64,000 bases of DNA from an uncultured bacterium. Lineage in GTDB: Bacteria > Krumholzibacteriota > Krumholzibacteriia > Krumholzibacteriales > Krumholzibacteriaceae. The notes below the pieces were generated by a model. The model searched no databases. It was not told the origin of the DNA and saw nothing but the letters and a program-made list of their open reading frames with translations. The translations under genes were made by a program, and so were the position numbers. Numbering within the stretch: position 1 is the first letter of the stretch; every line of letters begins with the position of its first letter. Location of the stretch: contig CAWFAD010000016.1 of the NCBI GenBank assembly GCA_963813815.1, positions 160,001 to 224,000 on the forward strand. Reading direction: 5' to 3'. This document shows, piece after piece, positions 1 to 10,719 of this stretch.

Positions 1-2829
1 GACGGGCTTCGCCGCGACCTCGTCGAGGGGAAGGCGGAGAATTTCAGCGGCCCCGGCGACACCATGATGAAGATACAGCTGCCCGACGTCTGCGACGAGA
101 TTTCGCGCTCGCCGGCCTCGGCGCCGCGCATCTTCGCTCGAAAGGAGTCGGCGGCGTTCGAGTTTTGGGCCGAGAGCCTGATCAGCCGCCTCGGGCTCTC
201 CTGCGCCTGCGAGGTGTTCGACGCGGCGGGGGAGCGCATTTCGCGATTCTCGGTCGGCATGCCGTTCGACCCGCCGCGCCGCGCGCCCGATCGAGAGCGC
301 CTGCGCCTGGGCGGCTTCGTCGAGGACGAGAGCATGACGACGAAGGAGGGGGCGGTTCGGTACTACACGGGATACGCGCCCGTGTCGAACGCGCGCGAAA
401 ATCTCGCCGGGTGGGTCGAGATCACGATCCCCTATTTCTTCGAGAGCCCGGAGCTTCTCGCGCGCACGGGCCCCGCGACGCCGGAAGTGCTGCAGAATAT
501 CGAGCGCGGCAGCGCGGCGCCGCGCCGCGACGAGCCGGAGAACCTGCTCGTCGCGCGCCTGTCGCGGGGCCGCGTCGTTTCGTCGTCGCGGCCGGAGCTC
601 CGCCCCGGGGCGAATCCCGTTCCGAGCGACGGCGGGTGGTTCGTCGTCCGAGCCGGACGCGACGCGTACAACTGCGTCGCGAAGCTTCGCGGAGGCGACG
701 GCTACCTCGTCGGCTATCGCGAGCCCGGAGCGATCGAGAGCCTCCTGCGGTGGGCGACGATCGTGTCGATCGACATCGTTCTGACGCTCGCCTCGCTCTT
801 CCTTCTCTTCCTGCTGCGGCGCGTCCCCGTCATGAGGGGGATCGTGCCCGACGTCTCGCCGGCGCGCGGGCTCGGTTTCCGGCAGAAGGTGCTGCTGTCG
901 TTCCTCGTCATGTCGATGCTGCCGGTCGTGATTCTCGGGGCCTTTTCGAGTCAGGTGATCCAGAGGCGCTACCGCGCCGAAACGGAGAACGAGGCCCTCG
1001 CGCGCGTGCGCGCCGCCGTATCCATCATCAACCACTCGATCCGGTCGGAGGGAGTCTCGTTCTCGGTGAACGAGTTCACCGGCGGGCCGATCGCGGGGGA
1101 CCGCTCGGAAACGCTGACGCAGGAGGAGCTCGCGAGGGTCATGGAGATCTCGAATCTGGGGCAGGTCGTCGTTTCATACGAAGCACCGAACCTTTTCGCC
1201 GGCGTGTACGTCCCCGCGGGCGGTCCCGAGGCTCCCGTGGGACACATCTACTATCGCCGCCTCCTCGACGACGAGTTCATGCGGAGCGTCGCCGCCGCCC
1301 TCGGCGCGGACGTCAACATTTACTACGGGCCGTTCATCCGCGCGTCGAGCGAGCGGGAGCTCTTCGTCGGCGGGCTCGTCGACGCCGTCGTGCCGCCGTC
1401 CGTGCACCTCGACGTCGCCCTCGGCCGCGGCGCGTGGGCCGTCCGGAAGCAGACGATCGGGGATTACTCGTACTACGTGGCGAGCGCGCCGCTGCCGGCC
1501 GTGGGAGGGCTGGGGAACGCCGTGCTCTCGACGCCGATGCTCCACCGGCCCGTTCTCGTTCAGGGGGAGATGACGACGCTCGTTCTCGGGCTGCTCGCCC
1601 TTCTCTTCGCGGCGACGACGACGCTCGGGATGTTTCTCGCGGGCAAGATATTCGATCCGATCGCGGCGCTTCAGGGAGGCACGCGAAGGATCATCGACGG
1701 AGAGCTCGAGTTCAAGCTCGAGTCGAAGGCGCCGGACGAGATCGGCGAGCTCGTCGCCTCGTTCAACACGATGACGGCCGCCCTGCGCGACGCCCGCCGC
1801 GGACTCCTCGAGCGGCAGCGCTACCTCGCGGCGGTGCTCGACAACGTGGCGACCGGGGTGATGGCGATCGATAGCGACGGGCGGATCACGACGATCAACC
1901 CGCCGGGCGAGCGGATCCTCCGGCTCGCGGGCGCGGCCGTCGCCGGGAAAAAGCCGGACGAGGTGCTCGGCGAGGGGCTCGAGAGCCTGCGGAGCTTCGT
2001 CGCGGCGGGAGGAGGAGAGAGCGGCGAGGCCGAGCTCTCGCTCTTCTCGGGCGAGTCGTCGCGCACGGTCAAGGCGGTCCTCGCGAGCCTCGTCGAAGGA
2101 GGCGAGCGCCTCGGCACGGTCGTCGTCTTCGACGATCTCACCGAGCTCATCAAGACGAAGAAGCTCTCGGCGTGGATCGAGATGGCCCGGCAGATCGCCC
2201 ACGAGGTCAAAAACCCGCTCACGCCGATCAAGCTCTCGGCGCAGCTCATGCGGCGCGCGTTCGACGCGAAGAGCGAGGAGTTTCCGGAGATATTCCGGAG
2301 CGGCGTCGATACGGTGATTCAGCAGACGGAAATCCTCCGGCGCATCGCCTCTGAGTTCTCGAGCTTCGGCAAGGCGACGCGGCTCGTCGCCGAGGCGGTG
2401 CCGCTCGGGGAGTTTCTCGAGGAGATCGCCTCCTACTACCGGGGCGTGGAGGGCGTCGCGATCGAGCTCGACGTCGACCGGACGGTGCGGGCGCTCGCCG
2501 ATCGCGAGGCGCTGCGGAAGATTCTCGTCAACCTTCTCGAGAACGCGATCGAGGCGATGGAAGGGAAGGGCGCGATCGCGATCGCGGCGACGCGCGAGGG
2601 AGGCGCGGCGCGCGTAACGGTCGCCGATTCGGGCCCGGGGCTCCCGCCGGAGATACGCGCGAGGCTTTTCGAGCCGTATTTTTCGACCAAGACGAACGGC
2701 ACGGGTCTCGGGCTCGCCATTTCCCAGAGCCTCGCCCGCGCCATGGACGGCGAGGTTCGCCTGCGGAACCGCGACGGCGCCACGGGGGTCGAGGCGGTCG
2801 TGGTCCTGCCGCTCGCGGAGGGGTCATGA
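1..2829 (+). CDS. Membrane sensor histidine kinase (HAMP-PAS-HisKA-HATPase, NtrY-like), 5'-truncated at window edge
   Basis: H-box ARQIAHEVKNPLTP, N-box NLLENAIEA, DSGPG, GTGLGL; HAMP DEIGELVASFNTM; frame is open from base 1. Confidence 0.9.
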   Translation, partial: DGLRRDLVEGKAENFSGPGDTMMKIQLPDVCDEISRSPASAPRIFARKESAAFEFWAESLISRLGLSCACEVFDAAGERISRFSVGMPFDPPRRAPDRERLRLGGFVEDESMTTKEGAVRYYTGYAPVSNARENLAGWVEITIPYFFESPELLARTGPATPEVLQNIERGSAAPRRDEPENLLVARLSRGRVVSSSRPELRPGANPVPSDGGWFVVRAGRDAYNCVAKLRGGDGYLVGYREPGAIESLLRWATIVSIDIVLTLASLFLLFLLRRVPVMRGIVPDVSPARGLGFRQKVLLSFLVMSMLPVVILGAFSSQVIQRRYRAETENEALARVRAAVSIINHSIRSEGVSFSVNEFTGGPIAGDRSETLTQEELARVMEISNLGQVVVSYEAPNLFAGVYVPAGGPEAPVGHIYYRRLLDDEFMRSVAAALGADVNIYYGPFIRASSERELFVGGLVDAVVPPSVHLDVALGRGAWAVRKQTIGDYSYYVASAPLPAVGGLGNAVLSTPMLHRPVLVQGEMTTLVLGLLALLFAATTTLGMFLAGKIFDPIAALQGGTRRIIDGELEFKLESKAPDEIGELVASFNTMTAALRDARRGLLERQRYLAAVLDNVATGVMAIDSDGRITTINPPGERILRLAGAAVAGKKPDEVLGEGLESLRSFVAAGGGESGEAELSLFSGESSRTVKAVLASLVEGGERLGTVVVFDDLTELIKTKKLSAWIEMARQIAHEVKNPLTPIKLSAQLMRRAFDAKSEEFPEIFRSGVDTVIQQTEILRRIASEFSSFGKATRLVAEAVPLGEFLEEIASYYRGVEGVAIELDVDRTVRALADREALRKILVNLLENAIEAMEGKGAIAIAATREGGAARVTVADSGPGLPPEIRARLFEPYFSTKTNGTGLGLAISQSLARAMDGEVRLRNRDGATGVEAVVVLPLAEGS

Positions 2830-3629
2830 GCCCCCTCCGGCGCGCGTCCGCGCTCGCGTTCATGGCCGGCCTCGCGGCGGCGCTCTCGTTCGCTCCCGGC
2901 GCCGGCGCCCTCGCGCAGGATGTGCTCCCGCCCGGAGGGTACCGCGCGCCCGAGGCCGCCTCGCGCGATCGCGAGCGGCTCATCGACGAATCGCGCGTTC
3001 ACGTGGCGCGGCTGCGGTACGGCGGCGGCGGCGACTGGTACGCCGACCCGTCCTCGATTCCGAATCTCCTCCGGGAGCTGAGCGCGCGGACGCGCATCCC
3101 GACGGCGCGATCGGAGTTCGTGGTGGAGCCCTCCGATCCGCGGCTCTTCGCGCACCCATTCCTCTATATGACCGGCCACGGGAACGTGAAGCTCGGGGCC
3201 GCGGAGCGGGACCGCCTGCGGGAGCACCTGCTCGGCGGCGGCTTTCTCTGGGCGGACGACTGCTACGGGATGGACGAGTCGTTCCGGCGGACGGTTCGCG
3301 AGATCTTTCCCGAGCGCGAGCTCATACTGCTGCCGCTCGACCATCCGATCTACCGGAGCTTCTACGCGCTCGCGGGACCGCCGAAGATACACGAGCACGA
3401 CGGCGCTCCGCCGCAGGGCTGGGGCGTCGTGGACGGCGAGCGGCTCATGATATTCTACACGTACGAATGCGACGTCGGGGACGGCCTCGAGGACGCCGAC
3501 GTGCACGACGATCCTCCCGAAAAACGGGAGGCGGCGATTCGGATGGCGGTGAACATCCTCTACTACGCGCTGACGAACCGGGAAGGAAGCGCGGGGAGCG
3601 GCGATGCTGCGGCGCAATCCGGGCGGTGA
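2826..3629 (+). CDS. DUF4159-domain protein with signal peptide
   Basis: RLRYGGGGDWY, PFLYMTGHG, GGFLWADDCYGMD motifs; ATGA overlap with kinase stop. Confidence 0.8.
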   Translation: MSPLRRASALAFMAGLAAALSFAPGAGALAQDVLPPGGYRAPEAASRDRERLIDESRVHVARLRYGGGGDWYADPSSIPNLLRELSARTRIPTARSEFVVEPSDPRLFAHPFLYMTGHGNVKLGAAERDRLREHLLGGGFLWADDCYGMDESFRRTVREIFPERELILLPLDHPIYRSFYALAGPPKIHEHDGAPPQGWGVVDGERLMIFYTYECDVGDGLEDADVHDDPPEKREAAIRMAVNILYYALTNREGSAGSGDAAAQSGR

Positions 3630-6600
3630 CGCGGCGGCGGCGGCGGGCGGCGGATTTCGCTCGGCCTTCCGGGCGCTGCTCTCGGCGGGGCGCCGCGCGT
3701 CCGCGCGGGGCGCCGTCGCGGCCGCGCTCGCGGGGGCCCTCGGCGCGTTCGCCGCGCTGCTCGCCTTTCAGCCGATCGCCGGATCGTGGCGCTTTTTTCC
3801 GCTCGCCGCGTTCGTTCTCTTCTGGGGGGCGGCGGCGGGCTCGGCGGCATACGCGCTGGCGCGGGGCCGTCTCCCCGTCGGGGGCGGAGCGGCGTTCGCG
3901 AAAGAGCTCGACCGGCGGCTCGGCTCCGGCAACCTGATCGAGGCCGCGCTCGAGTTTTCGGGCGGCGGCGACCGCGTGTCGGCGTACTCCCCCGCGCTCG
4001 TCGACCTCACGATGAGCCGGGCGGCCGGGCGGCTCGGGGCTCTCGATCCGAGGGCGGCCTTCGCGGAGGCGGGACGTCCGGGCTGGGCCGCGGCGGGCGT
4101 GCTGCTCGGCGCCGTCGCCGCGATCGAAATCGCGCTTCTCGGCGCGGACGCGGGGCGACTCATCGGCGCCATCGGCGATCCCGGCGCGTCGTTCCGGTAC
4201 CCGTACCGACCGAGCCTCGTCGTGACCTCGGGCGACCGCTGGGTGCTTCCCGGCGACAGCGCGACCGTCGAAGCGGTGAGCTTCGGATCGGCGGGGGGCG
4301 CCGTCACGCTTCACGTGAGCGCCGTCCCCGGGGTCTGGAGCCGCGTCGAGGTTCCGGGCGAGACGCCGGGGCCCGAGGAGCCGGGCTTCTCGATCTACCG
4401 CCACACCTTTCGAGGAATCCGCGACGAAATCACCTACGCCTTTTCCGCGCGCGGCGCGCGCACGCGCGAGCATCGCATCGGGGTCATCCACCGGCCGGTC
4501 GTGAACCGGCTCAGGGCCGTCCTCGTCTATCCGCGCTACACGCTCGCGCGGCCCGACACGCTCGATCCGCTCGCGGGAAGGATCGCCGCGATCGCCGGCA
4601 CGCGCGTCGAGCTCGCGGGCGAGACGAGCAAGCCGCTCCGCAGCGCGCGGCTCCGCTTCTCGGGCGGCGCTCGAACGCCGCTCCGCACGGGGGCGGGGGG
4701 ATTCACGGGGAGCTTCGCCGTGGAGGCGAACGACACCTTCGTCGTCGACGTCGTCGATTCGGCGGGATTCGCGAACGATCACGCCGTCGCGTATCCCGTG
4801 GCGGCGCTCGAGGATCGTCCTCCGTCGATCGAGCTTCTCGCCCCGGAGGACGGGGCGCTTCTGCCGAGGAGCCTCGAGATCGAGCTTCTCTACCGCGCGG
4901 CGGACGATTACGGCGTCGCGCGGGTGACGCTGCGGTTCATGCGCGAGGGGAAGGACGACGCGTTCCGCGAGGCGCCGCTCGAGCCTCCGCCCGCGGCCCC
5001 GTCGGCCGCGATCGAAGGGCGCGGCGTCTGGTCGCTCGCAGGCGCCGGGGTCTTTCCGGGCGACCGCATCCTGTACTATCTCGAGGCCGCCGACAACAAC
5101 GCCGCGACCGGTCCGGGCGTGTCGCGCACGCCGGCGCGCCGTCTCGCCGTGCCGTCCATGAGCGAGATCTACGCGCGCATCCGCGAGGACGAAGCGCGTC
5201 GCGAGGAGGATCTCGCCGGCGCCCTCGAGGACGGCCGCGAGATCAGCGACCGGCTCCGCAAGCTGTCCGAGGAGCTCAAGGCGGAGGGGGACCTCGACTG
5301 GAGCGCCCGCCGGGAGAGCGGAGCCATTCTCGAAAAGCAGCAGGAGCTGCGCGAGAAGATGAGCCGCATCACGGGTGAGTTCGCCGAGAGCCTCGATGAG
5401 ATCGAGCGCAACCGCGCCGCTTCGCGCGAGGCGGCCGACAAGATGCGCGAGATCGAACGGCTCATGAAGCGGATCGAGAGCGAGGATCTCCGCCGGTCGA
5501 TCGAGGGGCTTCAGAAGCTCATGCGGGAGATGCCGGCGCGCGATCTCATGGAGGCGATGAAGGATCTCGAGCTCGACACGAGCCGGCTCCTCGAGAATCT
5601 CGACCGGACGATCGAGCTTCTGAAGCAGGCGCTTCGCGAGGAGCGGATGGACGAGCTCGTTCGACGCATGGACGAGATGCTCGAGGAGCAGACCGCGCTG
5701 CGGGATTCGACCGAGAGGGGCGACACGGACGATCTCGCGAAGAGGCAGGACGACCTTCGCGGCGAATCCGAGCGGTATGAGCGCGAGCTCGACCGCTTCC
5801 GCGGGGAAGAGAGCGACAGCTCCCTCGCCGCGGAGCTCGAGCGGGCCCTCGAGGAGATGAAAAAGGCCGAGCTCTCGGAGGACATGAAGCGCGCCTCCGA
5901 AGAGCTCTCCGCGGGAGACCGCGAGGAAGCCCAGAGCTCCCAGCAGAACGCGATCAACGACATGCTGAGCCTCTTCACGCGGCTCAGCCAGTGCCGGATG
6001 TCGATGGGGCTCGCGATCGAGCGCGAAACGGCCGAGGCGATGATGCGCGCGACGCGCGAGCTCGTCGAGGCCTCGAAGCTGCAGGAGAAAGTCGCGGCGC
6101 GGCTCCTCGCGCCGGGGAGGTCGGGGAGCGCCGAGCTCATCGGGGAGGCGCTCGTCGCCCGGACCGCGGTCGAAAGGATCGCGCGCTCCCTTCAGGATCT
6201 CGGGCGCAAGTCGATGTCCGTCTCCCCCTCGGTGTTCGCCCTTCTCGGCGGCGCGTTGAGGGACGCCGACGCGGCGCTCCGGAGCATGGAGGAGGAGCGG
6301 GGAGGGGACGCGGCCTCGGCGGCCGCCCGCGCCTACCACGGCATGAACCTCGCCGCGATCGAGCTGCTGCGCGCGGGGAGCTCTTCCGGAGGGAGCGGCG
6401 GGGGCGCGAGGCAGCGGATGCAGCAGCTCCTGCAGCAGCAGGTGTCGCTGCGGCGGGAGCTCCAGCGTCTGCTCGAAAGCGGGGCCTCGGGCGAATGGTC
6501 GATGGAGGAACGCGCCGGCATGGCCCGCCTCGCGGCCGAGCAGCGCCGCATGGAGGAGCTCACCCGGCAAATAGCGGACGAGAGCCGCGGGACGAACGAG

Positions 6601-6948
6601 CTCCTGGGCGCGCTCGACGATCTCGCCGGCCGCATGGAGGAGATCGCGCGGGAGCTCGACGAGGGACGGCTCGACGAAGAGCTCGTGGAGCGTCAGGAGC
6701 GGATCATAACGAGACTCCTCGACTCGCAGCGGTCGATGCGCGAGCGCGATTTCAAGCGGGAGCGGCGGAGCGCTCCCGGGGGCGACGAGGCGCCGCTCGC
6801 CCCCGAGGGGCGGCGCGCGCCGGAGAGCGAGCGCGAGGCGCTGCTCCGCATGATCCGGCGCGGCATGCAGGAAAAGGGGCCCGCCGAGTACGAGGATCTC
6901 ATACGGCAATATTTCCGGGCGCTCTCGGAGAAGGCGAGGGAGGAATGA
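3604..6948 (+). CDS. Large membrane-anchored Ig-like + coiled-coil protein (DUF4175-like)
   Basis: N-terminal TM helices, ADDYGV and YYLEAADN motifs, long E/Q/R/M-rich coiled coil, C-terminal YEDLIRQYFRAL. Confidence 0.7.
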   Translation: MLRRNPGGDAAAAAGGGFRSAFRALLSAGRRASARGAVAAALAGALGAFAALLAFQPIAGSWRFFPLAAFVLFWGAAAGSAAYALARGRLPVGGGAAFAKELDRRLGSGNLIEAALEFSGGGDRVSAYSPALVDLTMSRAAGRLGALDPRAAFAEAGRPGWAAAGVLLGAVAAIEIALLGADAGRLIGAIGDPGASFRYPYRPSLVVTSGDRWVLPGDSATVEAVSFGSAGGAVTLHVSAVPGVWSRVEVPGETPGPEEPGFSIYRHTFRGIRDEITYAFSARGARTREHRIGVIHRPVVNRLRAVLVYPRYTLARPDTLDPLAGRIAAIAGTRVELAGETSKPLRSARLRFSGGARTPLRTGAGGFTGSFAVEANDTFVVDVVDSAGFANDHAVAYPVAALEDRPPSIELLAPEDGALLPRSLEIELLYRAADDYGVARVTLRFMREGKDDAFREAPLEPPPAAPSAAIEGRGVWSLAGAGVFPGDRILYYLEAADNNAATGPGVSRTPARRLAVPSMSEIYARIREDEARREEDLAGALEDGREISDRLRKLSEELKAEGDLDWSARRESGAILEKQQELREKMSRITGEFAESLDEIERNRAASREAADKMREIERLMKRIESEDLRRSIEGLQKLMREMPARDLMEAMKDLELDTSRLLENLDRTIELLKQALREERMDELVRRMDEMLEEQTALRDSTERGDTDDLAKRQDDLRGESERYERELDRFRGEESDSSLAAELERALEEMKKAELSEDMKRASEELSAGDREEAQSSQQNAINDMLSLFTRLSQCRMSMGLAIERETAEAMMRATRELVEASKLQEKVAARLLAPGRSGSAELIGEALVARTAVERIARSLQDLGRKSMSVSPSVFALLGGALRDADAALRSMEEERGGDAASAAARAYHGMNLAAIELLRAGSSSGGSGGGARQRMQQLLQQQVSLRRELQRLLESGASGEWSMEERAGMARLAAEQRRMEELTRQIADESRGTNELLGALDDLAGRMEEIARELDEGRLDEELVERQERIITRLLDSQRSMRERDFKRERRSAPGGDEAPLAPEGRRAPESEREALLRMIRRGMQEKGPAEYEDLIRQYFRALSEKAREE

Positions 6949-8897
6949 CGGCGCGCCGCGCACTCGCCCTGATCGTCCTCGCCGCCGGGATCGCTTCGGC
7001 CCTCGAAGGCGCGCTCTCTCCGGCCGCTGGGCAGGAGCGAAAGGATCCGCGCCGGAGCGAGCGGCCTGGAAAGCCGCGGCGAAGCCCGGCCGAGCCGGGC
7101 CGGAGCGCGCTCAGCCCCGAGGCGTCGCTCCTCATCCAGCAGGCCGAGCAATACCGGCGGCTCGGGCAATGCGATCGGGCCATCCCGCTCCTCGAGGAGC
7201 TCGTGGCCCGGCATCCCCAGATCGCCGTCGCGCCGGAGATGCTCTCGTCATGCTATCTCGAGACCGGCCGGCCGGCGGATGCGGCGGGCCTGCTCGAGCG
7301 GATGCTCGCCGCCGAGCCGGAGCGTCTCGCCTACATCCGGGATCTCGGCACCGCGTATCTCGATCTCGGCCGCCGGGCGGACGCGATCGCGACGTGGCGC
7401 CGCGCTCTCGACATAGGCGAGGAGAACGGCCCGCTCTACGGGGTCGTCGCCAAGCTCGAGCAGGAGGCCGGTCTGTACGACGAAGCGATCGCGACGTACC
7501 GGGAGGGGAGCGCGCACGCGGCCTTTCTGGAGCAGTACTCGAACGAGATCGTGCGGCTCGAGCGCGTGCTGGGGCGGCCGGAAAACGCCCTTCGCGAGCT
7601 CCTCCGCGCCATGGATCGGCGCGAGGCGTCGATCGATGCGGAGCTGCGAACGGCCGTCGCGATCTATCGCGACGCGAAGAGCCGCGACGGGCTCGCCGCG
7701 CTCGTCGATTCGGCGGCGGCCGCGGGCGGTGGACGGGCCGGCGCCTTCCGGGCGCTCAGGATGGCGTACCTCATCGAGGAGGGGCGCGCCGGCGAGGCGC
7801 GGGCCGAGCTCCTCGGAGCGGGGGCGCCGGAGCCCTCGGAGCGGGAGCTCCGCGCGATCCTGATGCACGTGGCGCGCGCGCGGGGGAGCGGGGAGAATCC
7901 CGGGTACGGCGAGTTCTTCGCCGCCGTGGCGAGGCGCTTTCTCGATCGGCACCCGGCCTCGCCGCACGCCCCGGAGATCATGCTCATGCTCGCGGAGAGC
8001 GTGCGCGAGAGCGCCCGGCGCTCGACTGGCGCGGCCCGGGCGGCGGCGCTCGACGACGCCCTTTCGCTCGCGGCCACGGCTCGTGATCACGCGCTCGGCG
8101 CGCCGTACCGGGAGCGCGCGTCCGCGATCAGGGCGGAAATACTCTTCGAGGACCTCCGCAGGAGCGACGACGCGCTCCGCGAGCTCGCGAGAATCCCGGA
8201 GCGCGCCTTCGCGCGCTCCCTCGGGGCGAAGGAGCTCCGCATGCGCGCCCTGCTCGCATCCGCCGACGGGGACGCCGCCGCTCGGGCCCTCTCGGGCCTC
8301 GCGGCCGATCCGGATTCGAACGCCGCGCGCATCGGCGAGTACGGGCTCGCGGCGCTCGCCTTTCGGCGCGGGGCGTACGAGGCGTCCGTGAAATCTTTTT
8401 CGGATCTCGCCGAAAGGCATTCCGCGAGCCAGTGGGCGAACGACGCCCTCGAGGCGGCGCTCGAGATCCGCGCCGCGCTCCCGGAGGGAAAGGCGCCGCT
8501 CGATCTCTACCGGGCCGCGGTCGTCGCGGCCGAGCGGGGCGAGAGCGCCGCCGCGGCCGATTCCCTCGCGGCCCTCGAGCGCCGGCATCCGGAGTCGGTC
8601 CTCGTGCCGCGCGCCGTCTTCATGCGCGCTGAGATCGAGGCGGCGGAGGGCCGGGCCGGCGAGGCTCGGGCGGATTTCGGGCGCGTGGCGGAGAGATTTC
8701 CGGAGCACGAGCTCGCCCCGCGCGCCCTCGAGAGGCTCGCCTCGCTCGTCGAGATCGAGAACGCCGGCGAGGCGCTCGAGATCTACGGCTCGATCATGGA
8801 GCGCTATCCGGAGTACCCTTTCATGGAGAGGGTTCGCGAACGGTACGTGACGCTCGGCGCGTCGAAGGGCGCGGCGGGCGGGAAAGGCTCGAAATGA
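6945..8897 (+). CDS. Tetratricopeptide-repeat protein with signal peptide
   Basis: ATG at 6945 after GGAGG overlapping upstream stop; multiple TPR-like helices. Confidence 0.75.
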   Translation: MTARRALALIVLAAGIASALEGALSPAAGQERKDPRRSERPGKPRRSPAEPGRSALSPEASLLIQQAEQYRRLGQCDRAIPLLEELVARHPQIAVAPEMLSSCYLETGRPADAAGLLERMLAAEPERLAYIRDLGTAYLDLGRRADAIATWRRALDIGEENGPLYGVVAKLEQEAGLYDEAIATYREGSAHAAFLEQYSNEIVRLERVLGRPENALRELLRAMDRREASIDAELRTAVAIYRDAKSRDGLAALVDSAAAAGGGRAGAFRALRMAYLIEEGRAGEARAELLGAGAPEPSERELRAILMHVARARGSGENPGYGEFFAAVARRFLDRHPASPHAPEIMLMLAESVRESARRSTGAARAAALDDALSLAATARDHALGAPYRERASAIRAEILFEDLRRSDDALRELARIPERAFARSLGAKELRMRALLASADGDAAARALSGLAADPDSNAARIGEYGLAALAFRRGAYEASVKSFSDLAERHSASQWANDALEAALEIRAALPEGKAPLDLYRAAVVAAERGESAAAADSLAALERRHPESVLVPRAVFMRAEIEAAEGRAGEARADFGRVAERFPEHELAPRALERLASLVEIENAGEALEIYGSIMERYPEYPFMERVRERYVTLGASKGAAGGKGSK

Positions 8898-10195
8898 CGT
8901 GCGCCCTGCCTGTCGATTCGACGGGCCGGCGCCGCGCGGCGCTCGTGCTCGCGGCGCTCGCGCTCGCCGCGGCGCTTCTCGCGCCGGGGGCGGCGCTCGC
9001 CGATTACCTCGTGCCGATGGATCTCTCGCAGACGAATCACCTGCGGGCCTACGGCCTCGCGTACGACGCGCTCGCCGGGGGCGGGAACGTGCGATGGCTC
9101 CTCAACTACCGCGGCGGATCGTTTCTGCTGCCCGAAAGGGCGGGTCTCGCGCGCGACGCGGAGGCCCGCGGCGTGCGGATCGAGCGGGCCGACGGCGCGG
9201 CCGTCGCGGCGATGCTCCGGGAAATCAGCGAGAGCAACGCCGAGGTGATCCTGCTCGAAAAAGCTCCGGCGATAGCGATCTACGCCCCGCCGAACAAGCA
9301 GCCGTGGGACGACGCCGTCATGCTCGCCCTGAGCTACGCCGGCATTCCCTATACCGTGGTGTACGACCGGGAGGTGCTCGCTGGCGAGCTCGAGAAGTAC
9401 GACTGGCTGCATCTCCACCACGAGGACTTCACCGGGCAGTACGGCAAGTTCTACGGCGGGTTTCGCATGCAGGAGTGGTACGTGCAGGAGCAGATCATGA
9501 GCGAGCGGCTCGCCGCGGCGCTCGGATTCGACAAGGTTTCGGAGGAAAAGAAGGCCGTGGCCCGCGCGATCCGCGAGTACGTGCGCGCGGGGGGATTTCT
9601 CTTCGCGATGTGCTCGGCGACCGACAGCTTCGACATCGCGCTCGCGGCGGAAGGGATCGACGTCGTGCCGCGCGAGTACGACCACGACGGCACGACGCCG
9701 GACGCCCAGTCGAAGCTCGACTTCTCCCGGTGCCTCGCCTTCGAGAATTTCACGCTCATCATGAACCCCCTCGTCTACGAGTTCTCCGACATCGACATGA
9801 CGCCGCAGGCGGCGGCGAGAGGCGAGTCGCGCGACTACTTCACGCTCTTCGAGTTCTCCGCCAAGTACGATCCCGTGCCGACGATGCTCGTGCAGAACCA
9901 CGTCTCCGTCGTGAAGGGGTTCATGGGGCAGACGACGTCTTTCAACAGGGCCGCGATGAAAAAGAAAGTGCTCGTGCTCGGCGAGGTGCGGGGGGAGGAC
10001 GAGGCGCGGTACATTCACGGCAACTTCGGCATGGGGACCTTCACGTTTCTCGGCGGGCACGACCCCGAGGACTACGAGCATCTCGTCGGCGACCCGCCGA
10101 CCGACCTCGGCCTCCACGCGGGTTCGCCGGGGTACCGGCTCATTTTGAACAATATCCTCTTCCCGGCCGCGAAGAAAAAGGAGCAGAAAACGTGA
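8894..10195 (+). CDS. Conserved secreted FCB-group protein of unknown function (often labelled 'asparagine synthetase B')
   Basis: YDWLHLHHEDFTGQYGKFY, GGFLFAMCSATD, GGHDPEDY motifs; signal peptide. Confidence 0.7.
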   Translation: MTCALPVDSTGRRRAALVLAALALAAALLAPGAALADYLVPMDLSQTNHLRAYGLAYDALAGGGNVRWLLNYRGGSFLLPERAGLARDAEARGVRIERADGAAVAAMLREISESNAEVILLEKAPAIAIYAPPNKQPWDDAVMLALSYAGIPYTVVYDREVLAGELEKYDWLHLHHEDFTGQYGKFYGGFRMQEWYVQEQIMSERLAAALGFDKVSEEKKAVARAIREYVRAGGFLFAMCSATDSFDIALAAEGIDVVPREYDHDGTTPDAQSKLDFSRCLAFENFTLIMNPLVYEFSDIDMTPQAAARGESRDYFTLFEFSAKYDPVPTMLVQNHVSVVKGFMGQTTSFNRAAMKKKVLVLGEVRGEDEARYIHGNFGMGTFTFLGGHDPEDYEHLVGDPPTDLGLHAGSPGYRLILNNILFPAAKKKEQKT

Positions 10196-10563
10196 GCAGA
10201 TACGTCGTTCCTCTCCTGCTGCTCGTCTCGGGGGTGGCGCTCGCGGGCGCGGGGCTCGTCGCGGTCGCCGTCATGAAGGAGGCGACGCCGCTCTTCGCGT
10301 TCGCCGTCCTGGCCGCCGGCGTCCTCGACGGGGTGACGGGAATCGCGTGGACGGCGGCGAGAGTTCTCTGGGGGAAGCCGGCGCCGCGGGAAGCCGCCGG
10401 CCCGGCGGGAGCCTCGATCGAGGCCGAGCGCGAGCGGGACAGGCAGCGGCTCATGCTCCTCGCCACGGGGTCGCTCGCGATATTATTTCTGTGCATCCTC
10501 GCGGCCGTGGCTTTTTATATGCCGTTGATTATTCGATGGATACGAGCGAGCGGGCTTTGGTGA
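10192..10563 (+). CDS. Small membrane protein
   Basis: GTG overlapping upstream TGA, AAGGAG upstream, three hydrophobic segments. Confidence 0.6.
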   Translation: MSRYVVPLLLLVSGVALAGAGLVAVAVMKEATPLFAFAVLAAGVLDGVTGIAWTAARVLWGKPAPREAAGPAGASIEAERERDRQRLMLLATGSLAILFLCILAAVAFYMPLIIRWIRASGLW

Positions 10564-10719
10564 GGGGCGCGCCGGCGGGCGTTTCGGCGCAGGGATTTCG
10601 GGTCGCGGGCGATACTATATAATGTTGGGTTGATCGCGGAGCCCTGCCCGCGCCCTCGATCGCCGGGCGCCGGGATGGGCTAACACAGAATCGGGATTGC
10701 CGTTAGGAAAGGAGCTCTC

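Noticed and set aside
3445..6963. Long antisense or alternate-frame ORFs (e.g. 1172 aa here; also 33953-36076, 47839-49998, 55224-57344)
   Set aside because: Arg/Ala/Pro-rich shadows of real genes, typical of high-GC DNA, with no recognisable motifs
8894..10195. Asparagine synthetase enzyme call
   Set aside because: No N-terminal Cys glutaminase domain or SGGLDS motif, and it has a signal peptide
10678..10708. GGCTAAC...GTTAGGA pair before the TPR gene as an attC
   Set aside because: Only 31 bp, no L boxes, and the following gene has host-like composition and a terminator; probably chance
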